A DNA stretch of 64,000 nucleotides from an uncultured Solirubrobacteraceae bacterium (GCA_964588985.1 CAZPQW010000002.1:1-64000); one strand, 5' to 3'. Shown: positions 26,259-37,031, counted from the first letter of the stretch. The notes: a model not told the origin generated them from the letters alone. Numbers and translations: made by a program.

Positions 26259-27743
26259 ATGGCGACAGATCCCGCACTCGACAGACTCCGAGAAATCAAG
26301 CACATCGTGGTGCTGATGATGGAGAACCGGTCGTTCGACCACATGCTCGGTTACCTGAAGCACTCGGAGATGCCGGACGTCAACGGCCTCGACGGGACCG
26401 AGACGAACCCAGACCCCGCGGGCCGGGAGTACCCGGTGTTCGAATGGCCCCTGCAGGACACGGTGTTCCACCCCGCGTTGGATGAAACGGGGAAGATCCT
26501 CGACCCCTGCCACGGAAAGCCATGCGTGGCGCAGCAGATCGCCGGAGGCAACCGTGGCTTCATCGAGAACTTCCTCGCGACGCGCAAGGACAGGAACGGC
26601 GATCACGTGGATCTGCCGCCCGCGTACCACGCGTTTCCGATGGGCCACTACGGCAAGCAGCACCTGCCGACATATGACTTCCTCGCGCGCAACTTCTGCG
26701 TGTGCGACTCGTGGCACAGCAGCGTGCCGGGAGACACGTGGCCGAACCGGCTGTTCGCGCTCGCCGGGCTCGAGGTCGATCGCGCCGCCGAGAGCCTGCT
26801 CGAGCGGCTCGCCGATGATGTCAGACACCTGATCCCCGCGTTGAAGGAAGCGCCGATCTTCGACGTGCCGACGTTCCCTCGTGAGCTGGGCGAGGAGCAG
26901 TGGCGGTGGTACTCGCAGGACCCGGCGACGCTACGAGCGGCGGACGCTCATTACCGCGACTTCACCGACATCAAACGGGGGAACTTCGCGTTCTTCGATC
27001 GCCAGCGCCTCGACCTGCTCGAGAGGGCGATCGGCGCGGCAATTGTGACGCCGGACAGCTTCCTCGACGATGCGGCGAGCGGCCGGCTGCGCGACGTGTC
27101 GTGGATCGACCCGAACTTCATCGATCTGAAAGTGCTGCACCCGAACTCCGACGACGATCACCCGCCGTCGGACATCCGCGCGGGGCAGGCGCTCGCGCTG
27201 GAGGTGTACGAAGCGCTGCGCAACAGCCGCGACTGGGAGGAGACCCTGTTCGTGATCGTGTATGACGAGCACGGCGGCTTCTACGACCACGTGCCACCTC
27301 CCGAGCTGGGGTTCGACGACGGCTCGGGCTACAAGACCTACGGCGTGCGCGTGCCTGCGCTCGTGATCGGACCGCGTGTCGCCAACACGGTCAGCCATGA
27401 CCTGTTCGACCACACGAGCCTCATCAAGACGATCCTCACGCGGTTCGCGCCCGATCCCGCCCGCGCGATCGCCAACATGGGACCCCGCGTTCAGCACGCC
27501 AGGCACCTCGGTGGCCTTCTGGAGCCGACAGCACGCACCGACATCCCCGACGCGGAGGACGCCCGCAGGCGGATCGCCGAATGGCAAGTGCAGGCGCGCG
27601 CGAGCCGACGCGGAACGGCAGGCGGACCGTCGGCCGCGCTCGACGGAGCCGGCCGGCCGTTCTCGCTCCACGACTTCCAGGAAGACTTCGCACGGTTCGC
27701 GCTTCTGATGCGCCACAACGGTCTGCCGTGGGGAGAGCCCTAA
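26259..27743 (+). CDS. Phosphoesterase / phospholipase C (AcpA/PlcH family)
   Basis: HIVVLMMENRSFDH, SVPGDTWPNR, DDHPP, YDEHGGFYDHVPP, GVRVP, FDHTS. Confidence 0.93.
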   Translation: MATDPALDRLREIKHIVVLMMENRSFDHMLGYLKHSEMPDVNGLDGTETNPDPAGREYPVFEWPLQDTVFHPALDETGKILDPCHGKPCVAQQIAGGNRGFIENFLATRKDRNGDHVDLPPAYHAFPMGHYGKQHLPTYDFLARNFCVCDSWHSSVPGDTWPNRLFALAGLEVDRAAESLLERLADDVRHLIPALKEAPIFDVPTFPRELGEEQWRWYSQDPATLRAADAHYRDFTDIKRGNFAFFDRQRLDLLERAIGAAIVTPDSFLDDAASGRLRDVSWIDPNFIDLKVLHPNSDDDHPPSDIRAGQALALEVYEALRNSRDWEETLFVIVYDEHGGFYDHVPPPELGFDDGSGYKTYGVRVPALVIGPRVANTVSHDLFDHTSLIKTILTRFAPDPARAIANMGPRVQHARHLGGLLEPTARTDIPDAEDARRRIAEWQVQARASRRGTAGGPSAALDGAGRPFSLHDFQEDFARFALLMRHNGLPWGEP

Positions 27744-27932
27744 AGGCTCTCGTGGCTCGGCTACGCCTCTCGTTCGGTGGGTGTCAACGCGCCTGACGGG
27801 AGCCCGCGGAGCCCGCCCCGAATCCGTGTTTTCGGTCTCGCGCGAAGCGCGTCTGCGTCGCCTCAGGTCCGTCCGTGGCCCCTGGCACCCTGTTCAAGCC
27901 AGCTATCCCCACCCGCCGATCTGGACCGCGCT

Positions 27933-28364
27933 ATGAACCACAGAAGAGAACCGCACGAGGGCTCATGGATCTATGTATCTCTGCCGCAAGGCGAGCCGCT
28001 CGCGCTCGGCGTCATGGACGCGTGTCGACGGCATGGCTGGCCGGTCGTGGCGGCAAGCGACGACCCCGCGGACCGCAGACTGCAGGCGCTGCGACTGGCG
28101 GACGCGTGCATCCTCGACATCTCCGGCGAGGGCCCCGATGCCGGCGCCGAGCTCGCAACCGCGCTGCGCGAGGGACGGCCGGTGATAGCGCTGCGCGGTG
28201 CCATCGCTCCGTGCTCGCCGTTCCTCGAGGACATCGCGCGCGAGTCTTCCCTCCTCCGGCAGCTGAGCTGCGACGACACCGAGGAGTGCTTGACCGCGCT
28301 CGACGGCGTGCTCGCAGACCACGCCTGGCAGACGCAGGTCGCGCGGGCGGCGCCCGGTGGTTGA
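27933..28364 (+). CDS. Nucleoside 2-deoxyribosyltransferase-like protein
   Basis: WIYVS...ADACILDISGEGPDAGAELATALREGRPVIAL resembles the NDT/Rcl G..E(L)..A...G(K/R)PV signature. Confidence 0.6.
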   Translation: MNHRREPHEGSWIYVSLPQGEPLALGVMDACRRHGWPVVAASDDPADRRLQALRLADACILDISGEGPDAGAELATALREGRPVIALRGAIAPCSPFLEDIARESSLLRQLSCDDTEECLTALDGVLADHAWQTQVARAAPGG

Positions 28365-28923
28365 GCCCGGCACGCTCCTGACGCTCGGGCACTCGAATCA
28401 CACGCTGGAGCACTTCGTGGAACTGCTGCGAGCACACGACGTGAAGGGCGTCGTCGACGTGCGCTCGTGGCCGGCCTCGCGATACGCGCCGTGGTTCGAC
28501 CGTGACCCTCTTCAGCGAACGCTGCGGGACGCGGGGGTGCGGTACCTATTCCTCGGCCGCGAGCTCGGCGGACGACCCGATGAGGAGGATCTCTACGACG
28601 AGCACGGTCACGTTCGCTATGACGCACTCGCTCGCTCTGAGGAGTTTGGGCTTGGCCTACAGCGCCTGCGCTTCGGAGTTGAGACGCTGCGGCTCGCGGT
28701 CGTGTGCGCCGAGGAGAACCCCGAGCATTGTCACCGCCGTATGCTGGTCGCGCGCGTGCTGTTCGAGGAGGGGATGCCTGTCCAACACATCCGCGGAGAC
28801 GGTCGGCTGGAATCGGAGCGTGGTTTCAGGCGGCTGGACTCGCTGTTCGAGGAGCCTCTTCCATGGAGATCTACAGCATCGGTTTCACGAAGACGACGGC
28901 CGAGAGCTTCTTCGCTCGCCTGA
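28357..28923 (+). CDS. DUF488 family protein (copy 1)
   Basis: TLGHSNH, VVDVRSWPASR, ELGGRP, CAEENPEHCHRR. Confidence 0.9.
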   Translation: MVEPGTLLTLGHSNHTLEHFVELLRAHDVKGVVDVRSWPASRYAPWFDRDPLQRTLRDAGVRYLFLGRELGGRPDEEDLYDEHGHVRYDALARSEEFGLGLQRLRFGVETLRLAVVCAEENPEHCHRRMLVARVLFEEGMPVQHIRGDGRLESERGFRRLDSLFEEPLPWRSTASVSRRRRPRASSLA

Positions 28924-29303
28924 GCGCCAGCGGCGTGCGGCGTCTGCTCGACGTACGCCGCAACCCCTCCTCACAGCTGTCCGGTTTCGCGAAGGGCCGA
29001 GATCTCCCGTACTTCCTGCGCGAGCTCGTGGGAGCTGAGTACGTGTATGAGCCGCTGCTCGCGCCGAGCGACGAGATTCTCGCGGCATACAAGCGCCGAG
29101 GCGAGATGCCGTGGCCGGAGTACGAAGAGCGATTTATCGCGCTCCTACGCGAGCGTGAAGTCGAGCGCCGCCTCGATCGCGACGCGTTCCTCACGCCAAC
29201 CGCGCTGCTCTGCTCGGAGGCCACACCCGAGCGCTGCCATCGTCGCCTCGCGCTCGAGTACCTGGCGGAGCACTGGGGAGGCTTTCAGATCACCCATCTC
29301 TAG
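28863..29303 (+). CDS. DUF488 family protein (copy 2)
   Basis: MEIYSIGFTK, LLDVRRNPSSQLSGFAK, LAPS, CSEATPERCHRR; GAGGAG RBS upstream. Confidence 0.9.
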   Translation: MEIYSIGFTKTTAESFFARLSASGVRRLLDVRRNPSSQLSGFAKGRDLPYFLRELVGAEYVYEPLLAPSDEILAAYKRRGEMPWPEYEERFIALLREREVERRLDRDAFLTPTALLCSEATPERCHRRLALEYLAEHWGGFQITHL

Positions 29304-29359
29304 ACGCGGGACCATGAAATTGGCCGCCTCGAGCTCCGCCGTCGGAATAGCCCTTGGCG

Positions 29360-30031
29360 ATGCCCGGCGAGCGAATCCTCACAATCGCGAGCTCCCGCAA
29401 GCTGGGCGGCTACTGCGTCGCGGGCGTCTCGCTGCCGGATCGTCGCCTGGTACGCCCCGTGTCGCCGTTTGGCAGCGGCGCGCTCTCCGCTCGCGAGTGT
29501 CGGGTGCTCGGGCACGCTCCTCGCCTCTTGGATGTCGTGAGCTTCGAGCACGTTGGCCCCGCCGCCGATCCCGCGCAGCCGGAGAACCTCGTCATCGCCG
29601 AGACGCCATGGCGGCTGGCTGGCAGGGCCAGCTCCGATCGGGCGCTCGAGATCCTGCTCGGCGTGGTCTACACCGGGCCGACGCTGCTCGTCAACCACGG
29701 ACGCGCTGTACCCGCGCACGTCGCCGCCGCTGGTTTGAAGGCATCACTCGTCCTGATCGAGCCCGTCGACCTTCGCTTTGGGCACGGACCTCGGGCGGCC
29801 GCGCACACGGGCAGCCCGCGCGCCCTGTTCCGATTCGGCGGGCGGGCGTGGAACCTGCCGCTCACCGACTTCGACATCGGGCCGAGGCTGCTTCGGCTAC
29901 CCGAGGGCCTGCACGGGTGGGCTGACCTCGGGCTCGACCGGCCCAAGTGCACGCTGCTGACCGTCAGCCTCGGCTCGCTCCACGAGGACTGGCACCACAA
30001 GCTCGTCGCGGCCGTCCTGCGCTTCGACTAA
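29360..30031 (+). CDS. Dual OB-fold domain protein
   Basis: ASSRKLGGYCVAG...VRPVS, QPEN, SLVLIEP, RALFRF..WNLPLTD, LTVSLG...KLVAAV. Confidence 0.78.
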   Translation: MPGERILTIASSRKLGGYCVAGVSLPDRRLVRPVSPFGSGALSARECRVLGHAPRLLDVVSFEHVGPAADPAQPENLVIAETPWRLAGRASSDRALEILLGVVYTGPTLLVNHGRAVPAHVAAAGLKASLVLIEPVDLRFGHGPRAAAHTGSPRALFRFGGRAWNLPLTDFDIGPRLLRLPEGLHGWADLGLDRPKCTLLTVSLGSLHEDWHHKLVAAVLRFD

Positions 30032-30986
30032 TGGCTGTCCCGCAACGATCTCGCCTCCTCCAACGTCGGCTGCGCGTCCGTCCCGCCAGCGCCCCGGGTG
30101 GAGAGCGTCCCGCAAGCGCACGCCAGCGCGAGCGCGTCCTCGACGCTCTCGCCCGCCGCAAGCCCCGCAAGCAGCCCGGCGTCGAACGTGTCGCCGGCGC
30201 CGACAGTGTCGACCGGCTCGATCCCACCCGGCGCGGGCGCGGAAATCAGTCCGTGCTCCGCCTCCGCAGCGATCGCACCGCCCGCACCGAGCTTGACCGC
30301 CACGAGCGACCCCCGACCGGCCAGCTCCTGCGCCGCCGCCGCGGGATCCTCCAGCCCCGCGATCCGACAAACCTCGACCGCGTTGGGCAGCAGCAAGTCG
30401 ACGTGGGGGAGGAGCTCGCGCAGCCCGCCGTTCCAGCCCCCCGACGGGTCCCAGTTCGGATCGACAGACGTGCTCGCTCCGGTGCCGCGCGCGGCCGCTA
30501 GCAGCCCCGGCAGCCCAGCAGCGAGCCCAGTCTGCAGGAAGTACGACGCGACGTGCACATGCCGCGCCCGCCCGAGCAGCCCCGTGTCGACCCGCTCAGC
30601 GCTCATCGCCCCGATCGCCCCCGGGTAGGTGAGGATCGCGCGGTCCTCGCCTCTCGCGAGCACGACCGTGACGCCGGTCCGCAGCGCCCCGTCGACGACG
30701 ACCCCACTCGTGTCGACACCACGCTCCTGCAGCGAGCAAACCATGAACTCCCCGAACAGGTCATCGCCTACGACCCCCGCGATCGCGGTGCGCAACCCGA
30801 GCCGTGCGGCGGCGCAGGCCATGATCGCCCCCGAGCCGCCGATCGTGAGTCCGGCGTCGCCGACGAGCCGCTCGGCCTGCCCGAACACGACGTCCAACTC
30901 GGCGTCGGCGAGCACGAGGTCGGGGTTGACGTCGCCGAGCACGAGCACGTCGAGGTCGCGCCCCGGTCGCTGCTCCCCGAACCTCA

Positions 30987-30990
<4 letters not shown>
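30028..30990 (-). CDS. PfkB family carbohydrate kinase
   Basis: GGSGAIMACAAARLG, PNAVE, VKLGAGG, DTVGAGDTFDAG. Confidence 0.93.
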
Positions 30991-32105
<1,115 letters not shown>

Positions 32106-32124
32106 GGTCTGCTCTCCTGCTCGG

Positions 32125-33000
32125 TCATTGCTTCACCCCGGTGAAGGCGATCGATCTGACGAACCAGCGCTGTGCGAAGAGGAAGATCGCGAGCATCGGG
32201 ATCAGGCTCATCACGGTGCCGGCCATCAGCAGGTTCCATTCTGTGCTGTGCGCTCCCTGGAGCGTTGAGAGGCCGAGCTGTAGCGGCGCGTGGGAGGCGC
32301 TGTCGATGATGATGAGCGGCCAGAGGAAGTCGTTCCACGACCACATGAACTGGATGATCCCGAGCGTGGCCAGGGCGGGGAGCGAGAGCGGCAGGACGAT
32401 CTTGAAGAGGATCCCGAGGCGGGAGGTGCCGTCGATCCGCGCGGCCTCCTCGAGCTCGATCGGCAGCGTGCGGAAGAACTGGCGCAGCATGAAGATGCCG
32501 AACGCGCTGCAGAGGTTGGGCATGATCAGGCCGCCGACGCTGTCCACGAGCCCCAGTTTCTTGACGATCAGGAACGTGGGTATGAGGATCACCTGGAAGG
32601 GGACCATGAGCGTGGCGAGGAACAGCATGAACAGCAGTTCGCGCCCGAAGAAGCGGATGCGCGCGAAGGCGTAGGCGGCGAGGCTGCAGAACAGCAGGTT
32701 CCCGGCGACGGTCGCCAGCGAGTACATGAGGCTGTTGAGGAAGAAGTGCCCGAACGGGACCGAGTTCCACGTGGCGGGGTAGTTGGAGAAGTGAAGCGTC
32801 GAGGGAGTCAGCACCGGCGGGAAGCTGCTCGCCTGCTGCTTGGTCTCCAGCGAGAGGATCACCATCCACACGAACGGCACCAGCATGATCGCCGCGACCG
32901 GCGCGAGGAAGAGATGCCAGGCGCTGAAGGGCAGGCGCGCGCGGCTCTTCCCGCGCGTGTGGGGGAGGGGCGGGAAGCGCTCGGGTGTGGCGGGGGCTAT
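32125..33000 (-). CDS. Carbohydrate ABC transporter permease (start uncertain)
   Basis: LEEAARIDG, WNDFLWPL. No ATG/GTG/TTG in frame between the upstream gene's stop and the first TM helix. Confidence 0.85.
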   Translation of the reverse strand: MAPATPERFPPLPHTRGKSRARLPFSAWHLFLAPVAAIMLVPFVWMVILSLETKQQASSFPPVLTPSTLHFSNYPATWNSVPFGHFFLNSLMYSLATVAGNLLFCSLAAYAFARIRFFGRELLFMLFLATLMVPFQVILIPTFLIVKKLGLVDSVGGLIMPNLCSAFGIFMLRQFFRTLPIELEEAARIDGTSRLGILFKIVLPLSLPALATLGIIQFMWSWNDFLWPLIIIDSASHAPLQLGLSTLQGAHSTEWNLLMAGTVMSLIPMLAIFLFAQRWFVRSIAFTGVKQ

Positions 33001-33022
33001 CGAGTGGGCGGAGATGGCTTCC

Positions 33023-33964
33023 TCATGAGCTGTAGTGGACGCGTCGACGGCCGACCCAGAGCTGCAGCAGCGTGACGAGCAGGACGGCGAGGAACAGCAC
33101 GTAGGCAATCGCCGCGCCGTAGCCGGCGTTGAAGAACTGGAAGGCCTGCTGGTAGAGGTAGTAGACGATCACGGTGGTCGAGCCGAGCGGGCCGCCGCGC
33201 GTGGTGACGTAGATCTCGTCGAACAGCTGCAGCGCGTTGATCGTGGACCACACCACGAGGAACAGCGTGGCGGGGCCGAGCAGCGGCAGGACGACGCTGC
33301 GAAACGTCGACCAGCTGCTCGCACCGTCGATCTCGGCCGCCTCCAGCAGGTCGCCGGGAATCCCCTGGAGCGCGGCGAGGTAGATGATCACGTCGAACCC
33401 GAGCCAGCCCCACACGGTCATCGCGACGATGCAGTAGATCGCCTCGCTGGGGTCCTGCAGGAACTGCTGCTGGGGCAGCCCCACGAGGCTGAGGAGGTAG
33501 TTGACCAGTCCGAACGTGGGGTCGAGCAGCCACAGGAAGACGATCCCGGTGGCGACGGTGGAGGTGACGAGCGGCACGAACACCGCCAGGCGGTAGAAGC
33601 GGATGCCGCGGATCTTGCGGTTGAGCGCGACCGCGAGGCCGAGCGCCCCGATCATCGACACCGGCACGAACACGGCCGTGTAGAGGAGGGTGTGGCCGAT
33701 CGCCGAGCGGAACGCGGCGTCTTTGGACAGCGCCCGGTAGTTGGCGAGGCCCACGTAGTGCGCCGGTGCGATCAGGTTGTTGGCCTGGAACGACAGCAGC
33801 AGCGACCAGCCGATCGGGACCAGCGCGAACAGCGCGATCAGGATCAGGGCTGGGGTCACGAACGCCCAGCCGGCCACGTGCTCGGATGCGATCAGTCTCC
33901 TCGTCAGGGCCGGACGCTTCGCCTCGGCGGCCCGGCCCTGTGAGGGGTGCATACGCACGTTCAT
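33023..33964 (-). CDS. Carbohydrate ABC transporter permease
   Basis: VGLANY, LAALQGIP..LEAAEIDGA, FDEIYVTTRGGP. Confidence 0.93.
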   Translation of the reverse strand: MNVRMHPSQGRAAEAKRPALTRRLIASEHVAGWAFVTPALILIALFALVPIGWSLLLSFQANNLIAPAHYVGLANYRALSKDAAFRSAIGHTLLYTAVFVPVSMIGALGLAVALNRKIRGIRFYRLAVFVPLVTSTVATGIVFLWLLDPTFGLVNYLLSLVGLPQQQFLQDPSEAIYCIVAMTVWGWLGFDVIIYLAALQGIPGDLLEAAEIDGASSWSTFRSVVLPLLGPATLFLVVWSTINALQLFDEIYVTTRGGPLGSTTVIVYYLYQQAFQFFNAGYGAAIAYVLFLAVLLVTLLQLWVGRRRVHYSS

Positions 33965-33980
33965 CCAGCGAGCCGCCCCG

Positions 33981-35270
33981 TCATTCCGGCACGGACAGCA
34001 TCCCGTTCACCTGCTGGGCGGCCTGGCTCAGCGCCTGCTGCGGCTGAGCCTTGCCCAGCAGCACTCCCTGGACCGCCTGGCCGATGACCGTGGAGATCTT
34101 CGGGTAGAGGGTGGTGACCGGCCGCGACTGCGTTGCGTTTGCGAGGTTCTTCACCCACACCGCGATACCGGGGAACTTGCGCGTGTAGTTTGCGTACCCT
34201 GGCAGCTTGGTGACCGATTCCCTGATCGGCAGGTCCCCGGTCATGGTCGACCACTTGAGGTCCACGGCCGGGGAGGTGAGCCACTTCAGGAACTCCCACG
34301 CCGCTTTTTCGTGCGCGGCCCCGTTGTTGAACATCACCCAGTTGTCCGGCCCGGAGATCGTCTGGTGGTTGAGGTCGGCCGGCAGGATCTGCACGCCGTA
34401 GGGCACCTTCGAGGCCGCGATCGTCGCCAGATCCCAGGGCCCGGTCCACAGCATGCCGATGTGCCCTGAGGTGAACAGGCCGAGGTAGCTGTCGCTGCCG
34501 TTGTCGAGGTAGATCGAGTGATGCTGGGCGAGTGATTGCAGCAGCGTCAGCGCCTTGATGCCGGCGGTCGAGTCGAAGGCGGCGTGCTTGCCGTCGGGGG
34601 TCAGGATCGCGCCCCCCGCCTGCCAGAGCATCGCCCAGTAGCGCCAGACGGTGTCCTCGCTGGCGTCGTTGACGTAGGCCCAGCCGAACTGCTTGCTCGC
34701 CGTGTTGGTGAGCTTTATGGCGGCGTTTTCGAAGTCGCTCCACGTCCAGTTCGCGCTCGGCGGAGCGAGCCCGGCCTGGGCGAACAGCTGCTTGTTGTAG
34801 ACGAGCGCGAGGTTGTCGACGAGCGCGGGCACGCCGACGATCTTGCTCCCCACGGTGGCGACCTTGCGCTCCGAGGGCCAGAAGTCGTTCCAGTCGAAGG
34901 CGGGGTCTTCGGCGAGCTTGTTGAGCGTGACGACCTGTGGGTTGGTGGCGATGTTCGGCGCCCACGACCCGTACAGGTAGGAGATGTCGGGCGGCTTGCC
35001 GCCGGCGATCGCGGCGAGGACCTTCTGCAGCGCGTAGTCGCTGTTGCCCGAGAACTGGGCGTTGACGGTGATGTTGGGATGGGAGGCGTTGAACTCGGCG
35101 ACGAGCGTCGCGATCGATTTGGCCTCGATTTCCGTGTCGCCCTCCCATAGCGTGACCGTCACGTGACCGTTGCCGGCCGAGGTGCTGCTTGAGCTGCTGG
35201 ACCCGCCGCAGCCGCTGAAGGCCAGAGCGCCGGTGAGGAGGATCAGGAGTGTCGGGACTACGCGTTTCAT
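33981..35270 (-). CDS. Sugar ABC transporter substrate-binding lipoprotein
   Basis: Lipobox FSGC, Ser linker, LVYNKQLF, GPW, AWEFLKWL. Confidence 0.92.
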   Translation of the reverse strand: MKRVVPTLLILLTGALAFSGCGGSSSSSSTSAGNGHVTVTLWEGDTEIEAKSIATLVAEFNASHPNITVNAQFSGNSDYALQKVLAAIAGGKPPDISYLYGSWAPNIATNPQVVTLNKLAEDPAFDWNDFWPSERKVATVGSKIVGVPALVDNLALVYNKQLFAQAGLAPPSANWTWSDFENAAIKLTNTASKQFGWAYVNDASEDTVWRYWAMLWQAGGAILTPDGKHAAFDSTAGIKALTLLQSLAQHHSIYLDNGSDSYLGLFTSGHIGMLWTGPWDLATIAASKVPYGVQILPADLNHQTISGPDNWVMFNNGAAHEKAAWEFLKWLTSPAVDLKWSTMTGDLPIRESVTKLPGYANYTRKFPGIAVWVKNLANATQSRPVTTLYPKISTVIGQAVQGVLLGKAQPQQALSQAAQQVNGMLSVPE

Positions 35271-35292
35271 CGTTTCTCCCTGTGCGTCGGCG

Positions 35293-36171
35293 TTAGCCCA
35301 GCACGACGGACCTTGTCAGGTGCTGGGGGTTGTCGGGGTCCAGACCCTTCGACTCGGCGAGTGAGACCGCCGCGCGCTGCAGCGTGACGAGCTCGGCCAT
35401 CGGGTCTGCTGCGGCTTGCACGACCGTTGCGCCGGTGGCGCGCACGTCCTCGGCGAGGTTCGGATCGGGGGTGGAGAGCATCCACACGAGCGATGCCTGC
35501 CCGGCGACGCTGATGGGGCCGTGGCGGTACTCCATGGCGGGGTAGGACTCGGCCCACGCCTGTCCGGCCTCGCGGAACTTGAGCGCGGCCTCGGCGGCGA
35601 GGCCGACGGTCCAGTGGTGGCCGAGGAAGACGAAGTGCTCGAAGTCGGCGGGGTCGACGGCGAGTGGCGCGGCGAGGCCGCGCTCGGCGTCGGCGAGCGC
35701 GGGGGAGAGGTCGTGGCCTGAGTGGGCGCGCAGCAGCGCGAGCGCGGTGGTGGCGAACCGTGTCTGCACGATCGAGGTCTCGTCGGCGAAGGGCAGCACG
35801 ATCGCGTCGTCGGCTGTTTCGAGCACCGGTGTGCGGGGCACGGCGGAGACCGCGACGGTGCGGGTGTCGACGGGCAGCGCGGCGAGGCAGCGGACGACCT
35901 CGGTGGTGGTGCCGGAGCGCGAGATGGCGAGCACGGTGTCGTAGGTGCGCGCTGTGGGCATCTCGGAGGCGACGAACGCGTCGGTCTCACCGTGGCCGCT
36001 CTCCTCGCGGATGGCGGCGATGGCCTGGGCGATGAAATAGGAGGTCCCGCAGCCGACGATCGCGACGCGCTCGCCGGGGGCTGGTAGCCGCTCGGCGACG
36101 CTGGGCAGGGCCTCGATCGCCTCGCGCCAGGTCTGCGGCTGGCTGAATATCTCCCGCTCAGTGACGCTCAT
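35293..36171 (-). CDS. SIS-domain sugar isomerase/deaminase (AgaS/GlmS-like)
   Basis: EIFSQP, GCGTS, ISRSGTTTE, EAALKFRE, EYRHGP, DPDNPQHLTRSV. Confidence 0.9.
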   Translation of the reverse strand: MSVTEREIFSQPQTWREAIEALPSVAERLPAPGERVAIVGCGTSYFIAQAIAAIREESGHGETDAFVASEMPTARTYDTVLAISRSGTTTEVVRCLAALPVDTRTVAVSAVPRTPVLETADDAIVLPFADETSIVQTRFATTALALLRAHSGHDLSPALADAERGLAAPLAVDPADFEHFVFLGHHWTVGLAAEAALKFREAGQAWAESYPAMEYRHGPISVAGQASLVWMLSTPDPNLAEDVRATGATVVQAAADPMAELVTLQRAAVSLAESKGLDPDNPQHLTRSVVLG

Positions 36172-36198
36172 TTCTGCACTATATACGCATAGATCGAT

Positions 36199-36216
36199 CA
36201 AAAAGCAACAAAAAGC
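36199..36216. promoter_or_regulatory. Direct repeat CAAAAAGC x2 (10-bp period), candidate DeoR/AgaR-type operator
   Basis: Copies at 36199-36206 and 36209-36216 in the AT-rich divergent promoter region. Confidence 0.45.
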
Positions 36217-36266
36217 CAGGATATATTTGTTCGGCTGTGTCGCTTTGCGCCTAGACTGAGCGCCAT

Positions 36267-37028
36267 ATGCACCAATCTGAGCGTCTCGGAAAGATCCTCG
36301 AGCGGCTTTCGCTCGACGGCAGCGTGAGCGTGGTGGAGCTCGCGCGCTCGCTCGATGTGTCGGCGGCGACGGTGCGCCGCGACCTGGTTGCGCTGGAGAG
36401 CCAGCGCCTGCTGGATCGCACGCACGGCGGCGCGGTGCCGCAGGGCGTCCTCTACGAGCTGCCGCTGCGCTACAAGGCCAACCGCCAGCCGGAGCAGAAG
36501 CGGCGGATCGCGCAGGAGGCGGCCAGCCGGGTGCTCGATGGGTGGGCGATAGGCCTGACGGGGGGGACGACGACGACGGAGGTGGCGCGCGCGCTGGTGG
36601 ACCGCCAGCGTCTGACGGTGGTGACGAACGCGCTGAACATCGCCTCGGAGATCGCGGTGCGCCCGAACCTGAAGCTCGTGGTGACGGGCGGCGTGGCGCG
36701 CTCGGAGTCCTACGAGCTGGTTGGTCCGATCGCGGAGAAGAGCCTCGAGGGCCTGAACCTCGACATGGCGTTCCTCGCGGTGGATGGGATCTCTTCCCGC
36801 GCGGGTTTGACGACCCACCACGAGATCGAGGCGGGTACCGACAGGGCGCTGATGGCGCGCGCGGATCAGGTGGTGGTGGTGGCCGACAGCTCGAAGATCG
36901 ACCACGTGGCGTTCGCGCGCATCTGCGAGCTCTCGGAGGTGGACGAGCTGATCACCGACGAGGGCGCTGACGCGGCGGCGGTGGCGGCGATCGAGGAGGC
37001 CGGCGTGCGGGTGACGATCGTCTCGTAG
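36267..37028 (+). CDS. DeoR/GlpR family regulator (AgaR-like)
   Basis: VSAATVRRDL, RTHGGA, GGTTT, VVTNALNIA, ADSSKI. Confidence 0.94.
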   Translation: MHQSERLGKILERLSLDGSVSVVELARSLDVSAATVRRDLVALESQRLLDRTHGGAVPQGVLYELPLRYKANRQPEQKRRIAQEAASRVLDGWAIGLTGGTTTTEVARALVDRQRLTVVTNALNIASEIAVRPNLKLVVTGGVARSESYELVGPIAEKSLEGLNLDMAFLAVDGISSRAGLTTHHEIEAGTDRALMARADQVVVVADSSKIDHVAFARICELSEVDELITDEGADAAAVAAIEEAGVRVTIVS

Positions 37029-37031
37029 ATC

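Noticed and set aside
27744-27932. Possible riboswitch upstream of the NDT-like gene
   Set aside because: No recognisable aptamer consensus on either strand.
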